37,773 nt of DNA from Vicugna vicugna (Eukaryota), in the NCBI GenBank assembly GCA_013265495.1, contig MU058717.1:239890-277662 (forward strand). The letters run 5' to 3'. The notes under the pieces are model-generated. The model worked only from the letters and a program-made list of their open reading frames with translations, had not been told where the DNA came from and did no database searches. Both the position numbers and the translations under genes were made by a program. Positions 12,881-26,253 of this stretch are shown piece after piece (the stretch's first letter is position 1; the number at the start of each line of letters is the position of its first letter).

Positions 12881-13199
12881 CAGGCTTGGGCACAGAAAGA
12901 GTTAAGCCAATCAAATTTGGACACCTCCAAAGAGGTTACAGAGGCATAGAAACCCTGGGATGATTAAGACAAAGTTCCCCTCTCACCATTGACTCCTGCC
13001 AGTTCCGCCTCCCTCCTGCTTCCGGGGCAGTTTAAACCTTTGTGTGAGTTTCAGTCACTGCAGCTCCTTTCCACACTGTCAGCTTGAACTCTCACTTGGA
13101 ATCCTCCTTCCTCACTGTCAGTCCTTCTCAGCCACTTACCTTGTATGTACAGTCTCCTCCCTGGAACACACACACCCCAGGGGTTCTTCTGCCATCTCA

Positions 13200-13720
13200 G
13201 GGGACACTCCTCAGAGTTCTGGTCTCAGCCCTCTCCTGTCATTCTTCTGGCTCATACTTTCTGGGTGATCATATTCCTTCCCACAATCCCAGCCATGATT
13301 CCCAAAGCTCCCTGCAGACCCATCCTCTCCTCCAAACTAAAGACACGCATCCAACCACCTGGGAAACACCATCTGGGTATCTCATAAACACCTCTGTTCC
13401 CACGTTTAACATGGAACTAGCATCTCCCGTTGACAAAGCAGCACCTTCTCTCTGTTCCCATCTTGATATTTGGCATCAACAGCCCCTTAACCTGTTATAA
13501 GAACCCAGAGATTCACCCCCCACCCCACCTCTCCATCACCCCAGCATCCTATCAATCATGGACTTGGGTCAATTCTATCTCCTAAATCTCTTTCCAAACC
13601 TCATCTCTTCTCCCTCTTTGCTACCACCTCCTCAGGTCAGCACCTGACCTCCTCCCATCTCTCCCCCAAACTATTGCAACAGCCTCCTCACTGGTTCTCT
13701 GCCCTCAGTCTTCTGTCTAG
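13200..13720 (-). mobile_element. L2 LINE fragment
   Basis: C-rich L2 minus-strand motifs: caattctatctcctaaatctct, ctattgcaacagcctcctcactggttctct. Confidence 0.6.
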
Positions 13721-13905
13721 TGATGGATTAATTTTTAAAAATTAACCTTGGAAAAGACACGTATCAGGAAGAGTTTAGGGAAATAATTTGTGGGGGGAGC
13801 AGGTGAGGGAAGGACTTGAAGGTCCCAGGGTGGATGAGGAGGGCTGGTTCCCTGAAGCCACAACAGGAGTGGCCTCATCTGACAGGAGTCCCTGACTTCA
13901 GTCTA

Positions 13906-14166
<261 letters not shown>

Positions 14167-14244
14167 TTAGTTTACAGATGAGAAAACCAAGACGCGTAAT
14201 GGGGAAGGGGGTTTGTCTGAGTCATGTGGCAACTAGGGCAGGAC

Positions 14245-14282
14245 CTTGAGTCCCAGGACTCTCTGAGCAGCCTCGTTGCCAT
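14245..14282 (-). CDS. WFDC8: Candidate WFDC8 first coding exon (MATRLLRESWDS)
   Basis: Strong Kozak context cgccATGG; 38 nt ending in phase 2, matching exon 2. The donor AAG|GTCCTG is weak and the peptide does not match the recalled human exon 1. Confidence 0.4.
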
Positions 14283-15689
14283 GGCGCTGTGCATAATCCA
14301 CCCAGACACTTGCCCATTGTCTTAATCCTCGGTGAGAGGCCACACGTGAATGATCACAGGGATTTGTCTGGAACAGCTTCAGGGCTGGTTTCTGCACAGT
14401 CTCTCCTGGGACAACCCCAGGCACTGGTGAGAACTTTTCTTTGCTCCACTGATGGTATGAGATTTTCCACATACCACTGGGTTTTAGTGCCCCGAGAGCA
14501 AAAAAGATCCCAAGGTCAACTGGGGGCAAAGGGACCCTTCTTCCACCTGGTGTATTCCAAGCCTGGGAGCTAATGACACTCCCAGACAACCACATAACCT
14601 CCATTTTCTCTATGTCCTTCCTGGCCCTTATGTATCTTTCTTAATTTTAGGATGTGAAGAGCTGATAATATCTTACTGTATGATCTCTCTTGGAATAAAT
14701 GCGTTTTAAAAAACAGCAAGAGAAAGAGGAAGGAAGAAACAGAGGGAGGGAGAAAGGAAGGGGGGGTGGGGAGAGAGTCTTGACACCAAAGTGTCCATCT
14801 GTATTTTTGAGGGGACTTCAGACACTGAGAAAGAGGCAGTCTTTTCCAGATCTCCTGAAGCCATACTATGTGGCTGCCTAAAAGTAAAGACTTGTGGCAA
14901 TTTACCCATTCCCTTCCTTTTGTTTTTCAGAATTCTAACCCTGCATCCCCCCTAAATTTTACAACAGTGCCTAGACTGTTCAGTAACAGGAATTACGGCT
15001 CCAAACACAGTGATCTTGACTTTGGTCTTGGCTTGGTCACCTACAGCTATAGCTGTGTCTTGGATCCTCAGTTTCCTCATCTAGAAAATGGGAATGATAC
15101 AGTCTACCTAGCAGCTTTGTTGTCATTGTGACCATTAAATGAGATGGTGTGAAGGTTATTCATGAAGTAGTATAGAATGGTCAAAAGTCGAGTGTTTGGA
15201 GTTGGACCTGACTTCGTTTCCTGGATCCTTCACTTATGTGGTCTTGGCTCAGTCACTTAACCTCACTGAGCCCCATTTTTTCTTAAAGGAAATAATGCCT
15301 ACTCTGTAGACATGAGAATTAATTGAACAATTGTGTAAAGCATGATGACTGGCATATAATGTGTGGTCTCTTGGGCCTATTGTTCTGAGAATTGGGTTTC
15401 AGGACCCAGGTTCTGTGAGCTGAAATTCCATGGGGATGACTTCCCCTTTCCAGTTTAGTGCTAATACTTTTTTAGCTTTTGAATCTGCTAGTCAGACTCC
15501 CCCAAAAGATTAGCCAAAAGGCCCTATGGTACCTTAAATTCTATGATCAAGTCACCTTTTGGGTTTGAAATTTTACCACTTAATCTAGTGACACCTAATA
15601 ACCTATTCTTGAAAATTAGTTAATCAGATTAGCCTGTACTCAGTAGGAGCAGAGCTCCTGAGGTGGGTGAAGAGAGAGACGCAGATGAA

Positions 15690-17060
15690 TAGGATTGCCA
15701 AATATAACAGGATGCACAGTCATGATTTTTAGTCTAAGTATATCCCATGTACTATAAGGACAGTAGTTACACTAAAAATTATTAATTGTTTACCTGACAT
15801 TCAAATTGAATTGGTTATCATGTATTTTTAGGTACCTGGCAACTTTAAAACAGAATGAATCCATTTTGATTGGAAGGGATTTGTTTGGGCAATAGAATTA
15901 AAATTCAGAAGCGTGATGGCTGCCACAGGGATGTGTATTAAAACATTCATTTCAATTGAAAAATGAGTTCAGTCTTTTTGTAGGAGAAAGTCATGTGATT
16001 TGGCTGACTGAGGACTGACTTTGCCAATTAGTTGAGTTGGTTAACATTTTTCCACAAATATAGTGAGATAAATCTGAGGCATCAAAGATTTTTTAAATAT
16101 ATATTTAGAGAATGCAGTAAGAATAACACATTTTATGAAATGTATATTATCAAAGCTCTATCAAGTTAATAGTATTCGAACTTTCCAACATTTATGGAAT
16201 GTATCAGATTACATAAAGTGTCTAAATAAAAGAGTAATGGGTATAATCAATAATATTCTTGATCATTTGGTAAATGCTGGTGAAGTCTTTTTGGTAACTT
16301 TCCAGAAATTAAGAAAAGCACCTGTGGTTTGTGATCAGTATTCTAACTACCAGGAGACAAAGCATTTTCAAGTATAAGACTTCTAATTCTATACCTTAAT
16401 AAAAATTGGAAGAGGGTTTAATTACACTGCTTCTTAATATTTAATTAAATCATTTAAATAATTTTTGATTATATAGTATTATGTGATTTTTGAACTAAAA
16501 GTTCAAAGAACCAAGTGACATACCTGTAACAAAACTCCTTTTGTTCCACTGTACTTATGTATCATTAAGAGATGCATTACATATAGAATTTTGTTTATCG
16601 ATAAAATTTTATTTATCAGTAGTTTCACTGTATTTATTTATACATTCATCATTATTACGTTATTTAAATAACAAATGGAATGAAAAAGTCAATCCAGAAG
16701 GAAATATTTTATTCCTAGAGTCTTATAGTCCCAGTAAGTGAAAAAGCTAAATTTTAATTTATACACATGTTCTTATTGCATAGCAATAGGAAAAGGTCAT
16801 GAATAAAAAAGCTTTTGAGCGTAAGATTATGTTTCATCAGATTAAAAGTCTGTGGGGTAGGAGGAATGGAAATAGGAGTTCAAGGAGAAGAAGTATTTTT
16901 AAACTTCCAACTGTTAAAGTGCTTTTTATGTATTTTTTAAGTGAATGACTATAGGTATCAAATTAGTATCATATTTTAACCTCAATTGATTCATTCAGTC
17001 AAGTTATGTAGCAGGTTTTTGTATTTTTAATATTTAAAAAGTATTAATATTCACAACATC
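15690..17060. mobile_element. AT-rich old hAT/Charlie-type transposon remnants, with a MER33-like MITE at ~15690-15845
   Basis: aggattgcca...ctggcaact terminal-repeat-like ends; adjacent AT-rich degenerate transposase-like sequence. Confidence 0.4.
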
Positions 17061-17084
17061 TTTGCATAATGCATTTGATATTCA

Positions 17085-17470
17085 TTTGTGTCGTGTGTTG
17101 CTTGGACCATCTTATTGCTGAGTCCATGATATGAGATCTACAGGTTGTTTATCCATTCACTAGTTAATGGGCAATTGGGTTGTTTCCAGTTTGGGGCGAT
17201 TATGAATAAACCCCCTGCAGACATCTGCATACAGGCTTTTGCATGAACATAAGCTATCATTTCTCTTCAGGAAATGCTAGTGACTGGGATTGCTGGGTGC
17301 TATGAGAAGTATATGTTCATAAGAAACTGCCAAAATGGTTTCCAAAGTGGCTGTACCATTTTGCATTTCCACTAGTAGTGGGTGAGCATTCTACTTGCTC
17401 CGCATACTTGCTAGCACTTGGTATTGTAAATGTTTTTATTTTAATCATTCTAATAGATGCATAGTAGTAA
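17085..17470 (-). mobile_element. L1 fragment (ORF2 end/3'UTR)
   Basis: tttatccattcactagttaatgggcaattgggttgtttccagtttgggg...ttccaaagtggctgtaccattttgcatttccac. Confidence 0.85.
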
Positions 17471-18514
17471 GATTGCAAGATATTTTAAGAGATTAATCAG
17501 CCTAAATTTCTGGAACCATAGCAATCTAAGTCACCCAGAATAATGGCAGGGAGATTTTTCCTATTTCCCAACTTTCCTGAGGACAGTTTCAAACCTAGTA
17601 GGCATATTGGTTCCTGAGCTCGGTTGGTTAGGAGTTTCCCCAGAATCCCATCATTGAACCTACCTCTTTGTCCAGTTTCCCCACGTGGCAGAAGCTGCTC
17701 TTTGCAGTAAACTGAAGAGCATTTTGCAATTGAAAGGCCTAGATGACCAGGAGCTGGGGGAACAGCGTGAATTTCCAGATTACAACTTTTGGGAACTACG
17801 GGTAAAGGCCCCACGATGACTCCATTACATCCTACTACCCTATTGCTTTCCAACTGGGAGCAACCGGCCCTGTTTTCATGGCTCAGAGCTTCTTGCTCAC
17901 ATCTTCCTTATCTCAATGGCATGGTGTGTCTCCTGCATGGCTACTCAATCAGGAACGTCCCTTGAGGCTCAGCCCCTCGGCAGGAGACCTTGAGGAAGGC
18001 AATGAGCTCTGAGGATCTCTTTAATACACCTTGATCTAAGCTCAGGCTGAGTAAGTAGATGCCTCTTCCAAAGACATGGCCTTCTAAATAACTTTTACTC
18101 AGTGATCTTCATCCTGATACTGAGGAAATGTAGTCTGTAACGGTGGAGTGCAGAGCACTGCATATCTCCACAGTGTGTGGCTTAAATATCTTAAATCTTT
18201 CTAATTGTTTGTCTCTTCAACCTATCAATAATTGAGAAAGGTATGTTAATGGCTCTCAATAAGCCATAGATTTCTCAATTCATGCCTGTAATTCCATCAA
18301 TGTTTGTTTAATATATCCTGATTCTGTTGATTTGAAGAAATATAACTACATTCCTGGTGAACTGAATCTTTTATAGTGACTTCCTCTCTGTCCCTAAAAT
18401 ATTCATCTTAGAATTCTCTATTGCTTGATATTAATCTAACTATACCTTTTTCTTTTTGGTTTGCAATTGCCTAGACTTTTTTCCATCTTTCTGCTTTCAA
18501 CCTTCCCATGCACT

Positions 18515-18964
18515 TTTTTTTTAAATTCAGATATTGCTACTTTATAACATTATGTTAGTTTCAGGTGTACAACATAGTAATTCAAAAAGTTTATAGATTC
18601 CACTCCATTTGTGGTTGTTATAAAATATTGGCTATATTCCCTTGCTGTACAATATTATCCTGGTAGTTTATTAATTTTATATATAGTAATTTGTACCTCC
18701 TAATCCACTACCCCTATATTGCCCCTTGTCCCTCCCTCTCTCCACTGATAACCACTAGTTTGTTCTCTATACCTGTGAGTCTGTATCTTTTCTTTATATT
18801 CACTAATTCGTTTTATTTTTCAGATTCCACATATAAGTGATAACATACAATATTTGTCTTTCTCTGTCTGACTTATTTTGCTAAGCATAATACCCTCCAG
18901 GTCCATCCATGTTGTTGCAGATGGAAAACATTTTCATTCTTTTTTACGGCTGAGTAGTATTCTA

Positions 18965-19010
<46 letters not shown>

Positions 19011-19555
19011 CACATATTCTTTCCCATTCATCTGCTGATGGTCCCTTGGGTTGCTTCCACCTTGGCTATTGTAAATAATACTCTATGGAGTGCACATATC
19101 TTTCTGAATTAGCATTTTTATTTTCTTCAGACATATACCCAGGAGTGGAGTTGCTGGATCATATGGTAGTTCTAGTTTAAGTTTTTGAGGAACCTCCATA
19201 CTGTTTTCCATAGTGGCTGCATCAAATTTAAATTCCCACCAGCAACGTACAAGGGTTCCCTTTTCTCCACATCTTAGCCAACATTTGTTATTTGTAGACA
19301 TTTGGATGATAGTCATACTGACAGATGTGAGGTGAAACCTCATTGTTGTTTTGATTTGCATTTCTCTCATAAATAACAATCTTGAGCATCTTTTTGTCTG
19401 TCTTGAGCATTTGCATGTCTCTTTGTTTGGAAAAACTATCTATTTGGGTTTTCTGCCCAATTTTTGATTGTGTTGTTTGTTTGTTTGCTTGATATTGAGT
19501 TGAATGAGCTGTTTATTTATTTTTGATATTAACCCCTTGTCTGTCATCTCATTTG
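18515..19555 (-). mobile_element. 5'-truncated L1 3' end (ORF2 C-terminus and 3'UTR)
   Basis: ORF 19083-19379 encodes REMQIKTTMRFHLT...CGEKGTL...CWWE...MENSMEVPQKLKLELPYDPA, the L1 ORF2 Cys-rich C-terminus. Poly-T at ~18515. Confidence 0.92.
18967..19008 (+). repeat. (TG)n microsatellite
   Basis: About 21 TG units. Confidence 0.97.
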
Positions 19556-19965
19556 GAACACAATTCAGCCTTTAAAAGGAAGGAAATCCTGACACATGCT
19601 GTAACATGGATAATCCTTACGCCAAGTGAAATAAGCCAGTCACAAAAAGACAAATATTCTAAGATTCCACTGACATGAGCTATCTAGAGTAGTCAAATTC
19701 ATAGAGTCAGAAAGTAGAATGGTGGTGTCCAGGAGCAGAGGGAGGGGGGAATGGGAAGTCAATGATTAACCGGTAGAGAGTTTCAGTTTTGCAAGATGAA
19801 AGAGTTACGGAGACAAGTGATGGTGAGAGTTGTACAAGATGAATGTACTTAAAACCACTGAACTGTGTAGTTAAGAATAGTTAGGATGGTAAACTTCATG
19901 TTTGTGTATGCGTAGATACACTTTATAAGTGTATTTTACCACAATTGTAAACAATAATAATAAAA
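19556..19965 (+). mobile_element. Older L1M 3'UTR fragment
   Basis: attcagcctttaaaaggaaggaaatcctgacacatgc...agtgaaataagccagtcacaaaaagacaaata...ttttaccacaat. Confidence 0.85.
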
Positions 19966-19969
19966 GGAA

Positions 19970-22900
19970 AGTGACTTTTGGTTTCTGCTCAGAAATGTAA
20001 AGAGACGAATTAACCTCCCAAACTTACATGGAAAAAAAGCTGGACAACTTTTCTTGAACTCACCAGAGTGCTGAGATCACAGGGCAATCAACCAGTCCAG
20101 AATCTAAGGAAAGACAGGCACCTGCAGGGAGAGACAGGTAGCGAGCATTGATTACCTGGGAGGCAGGCAGCCAGGCACCAGTAAGAAGGGTTCAGCTATG
20201 GGTTTGGCACATGGCTGGAGGCTGAGAGTGCATTGGCTGAAGATAGCGAAGTCCCTGGAGCGGCAAAAACAGGAGAATCCACACCCTCTTGTAGACTTTT
20301 TCTCCAGGAATCCCACTGGGTCCTCATAGAAAAGGTTTTTAGAGTTCTGATAAAGTCTCTTCTGTGAGGCAGAACTGGAGAGGGGAGAAAAGGCAGCAGT
20401 CACCGTGGAGGGGGCAAGAAATTCCACCTGGAGTCTTTCCTTTCTTTCTTACTGAGCAAAAGCTTTAATCTTGGGAGCGAGGAGCAGCACTGTTGCCATA
20501 GGGTACAAGTGAACTCTCATTGCAAGCTGCGGGAGGTGCAGAAACACTCGCCAGATTCAGAACTTTGTCCTAAGGGTGGGAAGACCCCTTCCCTGAGACC
20601 CAGGGACATTGCATCTAAGACTGAGGCTCAATCAGAATAACAGAGAATGGACCCCAACCATGTCCCCTCCTGCCCCACCTGCCTAAAATCACTGAGTAAT
20701 AAGTAACTTTCAAGAAAGTCATTCTCAGAGACAGAGCACAAAGCTGAAATTGGAGCAGTCCTTGGTGGGGGGGGGGAATAAATCTTCTGGTAAACCCAGC
20801 TCCATCCTAAACAAAGGTACTATTTCTGTTCTGAGGATGGAATTTGAAGTTTGGGGTGCAGCAAGTTAACCACAGTGACAACAAATCAGTAACTGCAAGA
20901 CTGCAAGCTCAGCCCCACTCCAAATTAGATTAACAGCTAAAAGCCGACTAGAAGGAAAGATGAGCACATTTCCAGGGCTTAAAAACTATTTCCTGGTTCT
21001 GGTTCCTCTTCTCACCCACTGAATACAGCTGTACAAACTGGGAAGTAAGTAATCGCAGGCCAACCTGGAAATAACACTAGGGTGCAGACGAAGCTTCAGA
21101 AGAAACCCACTGGTTTTGGCTTGATGCCTGGGAAAGGGAACGTGTAATGTTCAGAAGGGGTGCAGAAATCCCCTGGGTTGTTTTTCTCTTTCTTTTCTTT
21201 GTTACTCTGCACCTTGGCCCCTAAGAAATTCTATGGTAGTGATGGCTGCCACTGGTATGGGAGTTGGAAGGAGCCAAAACACTGAGGAGGGGAAACCTTC
21301 CTCTGTCCGGTGCAGCTGTAATTCTAGGAGAGCGGGTAGACCTCCATTGCCTCCTATTTCTTTTCTCTCTTTGTTCTTCTATCACTTGGCCCTGGATGTG
21401 GATGAGGTTGTAAAAGTGCTAAGCAGAGCAGAGTAACCAAAGCCCCAGCTTTTTGGAGCCTTGGAGAAACAGAAGGTACTGGGGAGACTACAGGGAAAGG
21501 AACTCAGGAAAGCAAACCCATAAAGTTGTTTATTTACTTCTAGGTTCACCTCCAAGCTGTGTGTGCATGTAGGTAATACTACTTGACATACTTTGAGAAA
21601 TAAACTGACACACCACCATCTAAGTCCCAGACTAGCCACTAGATGGTGCCTATGCAGGGAAGTTACTGAATGAACTGCAAAGCTTTAGAAACTGAACTGA
21701 CCTTGGAACCACAACGCACAGAAGATAGACTGAACTTTTTAGTCTGAACCTAACCATTTCAATGACCTTTGAAAACAAAATCTCAACCATCTCAATTGGA
21801 TATAAACAAGACCCAGAGTCTCATAAAACAATTTTCAAAATGTTCAAAATATAATCCAAAATTACGTAGCATATGAAGGAAAAGGAAAATATTAACTCAT
21901 GTAGGAAAAGACTATGTACAGACTCCAATTCCAAGATGAAGTAAATGCTGGACCTCCAGGTCCAGCAGTTAAGGACCAGGGCAGGCAGTGGTGATAGCCA
22001 GAGCTGCTGGTGTGCACACACTTGGCTTCAGGCGCCAGCTGCAGGTGTCTGTGCAGGAGCAGGGGCTGGTCGCAGACACACACGTCGTGGTGGGGACCAG
22101 AGCGTGCAGCAAGGGCTGGGGCCAATTCTAGGCTCACTGGTAGCTGCAGGGGTCCTGGTTGTCAGCACGCACTATCATGGCTGCTGGGTCTTACCACGGG
22201 CACATGGTGTTACCGAACTGGTCGACTGGACCTGCACTGGGGTCCAAGTCCAGGCTGAGACCCCTGGTCTCAGCCAGGGAGGTTCTATTTCCGATCAGTT
22301 TCACGCAGCCAATAACAAAACTTATGCTGAGACTGAAACAGCACAAACTTTATTCAATGGCCAAAGAATGGAGAACCAGGAATCTGGTTTTCAAATCAAC
22401 TTCTCAACCCAAGTCAGGCAGAGACACTAAATATATAAGAGGGTCAAGGTAATAGAGAGGGAATTGGAAAGAGTGGGAGGGACGTCCATGAGTTCTCTGA
22501 GAACAGGGGTGTGGTTTGGACCAAGAACAGACACGGTTCTCCTTTTCAGTCTTGTATGAGCTTTTCTGGTTGTTGCCGTAGCAATTGCCAACTGTCATGA
22601 TGCTGGTGGGTGTGCCATTTAGCATGCTAATGTATTACAATGAGCATATAATGAAGCTCAAGGTCTACTGGAAGTCAAATCTTCTGCCATATAGGGCATG
22701 TTTGGTTTTAACCAATTCTTGTTTGTTTTTTCATTGCAGCATCCTCCTGAAACTTAGATAAGAGTAATTGGTTTGTATCTGAGGGCAAGGCAGGGGCATG
22801 ATTCTGGGGTGACAGCCTTGGTAACAATGGCAGTGGAGGCCTGTAATGGGGGTCAGGCTGGAGGGTGTGCAGTTGCACAGCTGGAGGGGCTATCTGCAGG

Positions 22901-23760
22901 TGCATGCAGTGGTGCAGGTCTGTGACTGAAGACAGAGCCTGATCTAGGATGACAAGAAGCTGCAGGGGCACATTCTCCTGTGGCTTCAGGGTTTCTCCTA
23001 GGGTGTGCACCCTGCAGTGGAGGCCTGTGATGGGCAGCATCAGGCCGGTGGCATGGAAGTACACAGCTGGAGGAGCCAGCCACAAGCGTGCACATTGCTG
23101 TGGGCATCAGCCATGGGGGTCTAGGTTGGCATCCTGCAGTCCTTGAAGCCACAGAGGCTTGAACTGGCTACCCGTGTGGTTTCTGGGCTCTGGTGGGAGG
23201 GCCAGGAGGCAAAGAGTAGGGAGGGACTTAGGTGGCTGGTGCCAGTGAATGTGAATAGCTGTAGGACAAAAGCTAGTGACACCTGCAGGGGTCTGTGGTG
23301 GCCATGCTGGCCGTTGGTTTCTTTGTTGGTGAAATCTGCTAGGTTTGTCTGCAGAGAGGTCACCATTTACCAAGATCGCTCTGACTATGTGGCTGCTCTT
23401 GGCAGCCCCTGCGTTCTTCTTTGTTCCTAGCTGTCTCTGTGTGTCTCAGCTTTGTCAGTCTGAGTGGGGTGAAACCAACTGGACCTTTGTATGTTGCCCC
23501 AAAGGGCTGGGGAAGGTGGTCGTTCACCCTGCTCTTCCCTTCCCGGGGATGGGAGCTCTTTCCAGCTGGGAGGGGTGCTGAGCAATGCCAGCCTGGGGGG
23601 TGGGATGATTCTTCCTTCTCTTCTTAGATGGTTATTCTCAGGGTTTTTTGTTACACTGTGTTGCTGAAGTTTTTTAAGTGGGCTCCAGAGCTGTTTTTTT
23701 TTCACGGATAGCCATCTAATTGCTGTTCCTTGTTGGGGGGACAGAGGACAGTGCACTATT
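19970..23760. mobile_element. Composite of L1 5'UTR-like segments in both orientations, with a probable minus-strand LTR at ~22310-22700
   Basis: Plus-strand L1 5'-like sequence at 19970-21950. GC-rich minus-strand L1 5'UTR-like blocks at 21960-22300 and 22700-23760 resemble each other. LTR-like piece with tttatt at ~22330. Boundaries approximate. Confidence 0.5.
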
Positions 23761-24986
23761 TTATTGATATCATTCTATATCTGTATGTTTTGATATGACA
23801 TGTTTTCATTTTTCAGTTCAAAATATTTTCTATTTCCTATCATGATTTCGTTTTGGTCCACAGTTTCTTAGAATTGCCTTGCTTAATTTTTAATCACATG
23901 GAAAGTTTTCTAGCTATTTTGTTTTATTTACTTCTGTGGTCAGTTTGAATTTCCACTGTGGTCAGTTTGATTCCAATGTACTGACATTCGTTGAGACATT
24001 TTTAGGTGTTCCACGTGCTCTGGGAAAGAAAGCATATTCCGCAGCGATGAAGAATTCTTTTTGATAGTTGATTAGTCACTTTTTTATTTATGTTGTTCAA
24101 ATATTCTATATCCTTGTTGATTTTTTTTTTTGGTCTTCTTATTTTATCAGTTACCAGGAGAAGTATGCTAAAATTGTCTGCTGGTCAATCATGCTTGTGG
24201 CCATGAAACTGGCCAGTTTACCTGGACCAATACTTCCAGTAAAGCCAAAATGAGATCCCCCAGGGGACTCCCAGCCCACACCTTTGAATGCTAATCACCT
24301 CCCACTTCCAGAGTGGGTTAACTCCAGGCTGTGAAGAAAGACAATCAAGTGCAAAGTCCCAGTGTGTTCCCAGAACACCTGGGGGTGAATGAGAGTGTCC
24401 TATCTGCCAAGTGGTTCCAGAAATTTTTCTCAACTGCTTCTTTTTTCTTATTGTTCAGGAGGGGATAGTTCTTCGTTTCTGCCTTAGGAAATCATCCCCT
24501 GCTGGTCCAGGGGAACTCTAAGGACCTGTCCACCATCGTCCATCTCACTTAATGCTCTTTCTGCACAGTGCCCCTCCCAAACTCTATTCCCCACCAGACC
24601 CCCTCCTTTAAGCATATCTCTGGCCCCTGACACAGATGTATTTCAGGAAGCTAATACCCTATCCTCCCCTTGCCCCCAACAGCAACAGATGAAGTTGCAG
24701 AAGAGGTTAGATCATGAATTTGGTATCAAGCTCTATGATCCTAGCATGTTCTAATTTGCTAACTTTTTCATTTTGGTCTGTGTATACCACTATCCATTAA
24801 AACTTGCAAAAAATAAGTATAGTTTGCCAAGATTAGCAAAGGAGAACAAACCGGCACAGACACGTGACTGAACTAACCCAAATTTACTCAGCAAGTTGAT
24901 GACAAATGATTATATAGACCCCTTTCTCCAAACGCCTCTGTACTTGAGTTTAGAAGAAGAAACAGCACTCTGGCTTACTTTCACAA

Positions 24987-25209
24987 CTTATTTGCCAAGG
25001 AATTAAAACCGATAATGGCATAGCTTAGGGAAGAGGGTTGGCAGGTAGGAGAGACAATGCCTTGAGCCCACAGCTGGGGCAAGAAGATCATCCTACTGGG
25101 GGTCACGTGGCAGTCTTCCCAAGTCTCCCAGGTACCCTCCGCTCCCACTGGTGCTTTGTGGGCTCAGCAGTGGCCTTGTTGCTGATTTTGTGGTGAGGAC
25201 TGCTGCTCA
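24987..25209 (-). pseudogene. Wfdc16-like gene: putative terminal exon
   Basis: Strong acceptor cctgtctcttctctcttccAG (25210-25211), similar to the WFDC9 last-exon acceptor ttctcttccAG. Variant polyA signal AATAAG (24987-24992) in context ttggcaAATAAG, versus WFDC9 ttgccaAATAAA. Confidence 0.55.
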
Positions 25210-25591
25210 CTGGAAGAGAGAAGAGACAGGTACTCAGCAGCCACACAGTCTAGAGAAACATTTCTTTCAAGTGTAGCAGATCCCCCCAAACCCTGGGGGC
25301 AAGGATGTTTTCTGTGGTGTAGGGAATCCCCACACAAGGCTTCTCCCAGGATATCTGAAGTCCAATGAGCAAAGAGACATGAATGTCAGACCCCCTGAAG
25401 TTTGGGTAAATCAGGTAGGTCTATATATGGAGAGTGAGGTCTCTGAGACAGGTGAAGAGGCAGGGGTTCCTCGGGTGGATGGATATTGGGACTGGCGGGG
25501 CTTCGTCTCCTGTTCTCTGTCTTCCCACATTTCGGGAGTTCAAGTCTTGGCGAACTGAATGACAAGGGAAAAGGTGCTTCTTCGATCCTAC

Positions 25592-25740
25592 CACTTCCCT
25601 TGAGAAGCACACAGATCTTTCCGCAGAAGGCACCGCAGCAGTGATGGCCGGTCTGACACTCTCTGGGAAGCTTGCCGTCAACAGCACACCGCTCATGGGT
25701 GGGAATCTCGGTGCAGGTTTCAGTCCTGGCTTAGGTACAA
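25592..25740 (-). pseudogene. Wfdc16-like gene: WAP-domain exon with frameshift and lost Cys
   Basis: (I)VPKPGLK[1-nt deletion at 25716-25717]CTEIPTHERCAVDGKLPRECQTGHHCCGAFCGKICVLL. The WAP-type CC-x3-CG-x-IC motif is present; Cys3 appears as GGC (25674-25676). Confidence 0.8.
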
Positions 25741-26172
25741 CTTAGAAGGAGTACATGAGCACTGCCTCCCAGAAGAAGAGTTTTCTTCACTATTATCAGC
25801 CCCTCCAAGCCCCCAGAATTCACTCCACTGATTTCCCTTCTTTTTCTCCCTGCACAGGGATCTGGAGTCAAGATCCTCCTCCCACCTCCCCCTAATGAAC
25901 GCAGCCACCGGGAAATCGTCAACGGGAAGTCACCCCCGTGAAATTTCAGCTCACAGAACCTGTGTCCTGAAACCCAGTTCTCAGAACAAAGAGGGCCAAG
26001 AGATCTTCTAGTCCCCAACTCTCGTTTTATGGGGTGAGAGGTACGGAGTCCCAGAGCAGGGTCCTCCACTGTTCCATCCCTGGCTGAAATGGCCCTCAAC
26101 GCCTAGTTCTTCCCTAGAAACCTTTATCACTAGTTATTCATTCACTATTCTTCCCTGAATTCTGCCAATTTC

Positions 26173-26253
26173 AATTTTTTTAATGGAGTTTTTGGGGTTT
26201 GAACCCAGGACTTCATGCATGCACTCTACCACTAAGCTATACCCACCCCACCC
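26173..26253 (-). mobile_element. Second Vic-1-like tRNA-derived SINE
   Basis: Close paralogue of 486-566 (gaacccaggac...ctctaccactaagctataccc) with a T-tail. Confidence 0.8.

Noticed and set aside
18515..19965. Twin-primed (5'-inverted) L1
   Set aside because: Both halves contain their own 3' ends and look like different subfamilies, so they are separate insertions.
21800..23760. Dense cluster of 60-160 aa ORFs on both strands
   Set aside because: GC-rich L1 5'UTR/LTR-derived sequence; no recognisable domain.
14600..24900. A WFDC6B-like gene as recalled for mouse, or a human-type distal WFDC8 exon 1
   Set aside because: No WAP/Kunitz cysteine pattern or matching peptide found by eye; the interval is mostly repeats.
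25421..25696. 91-aa ORF as an independent gene
   Set aside because: It is the shifted frame of the Wfdc16-like WAP exon; the Cys pattern lies in the adjacent frame.
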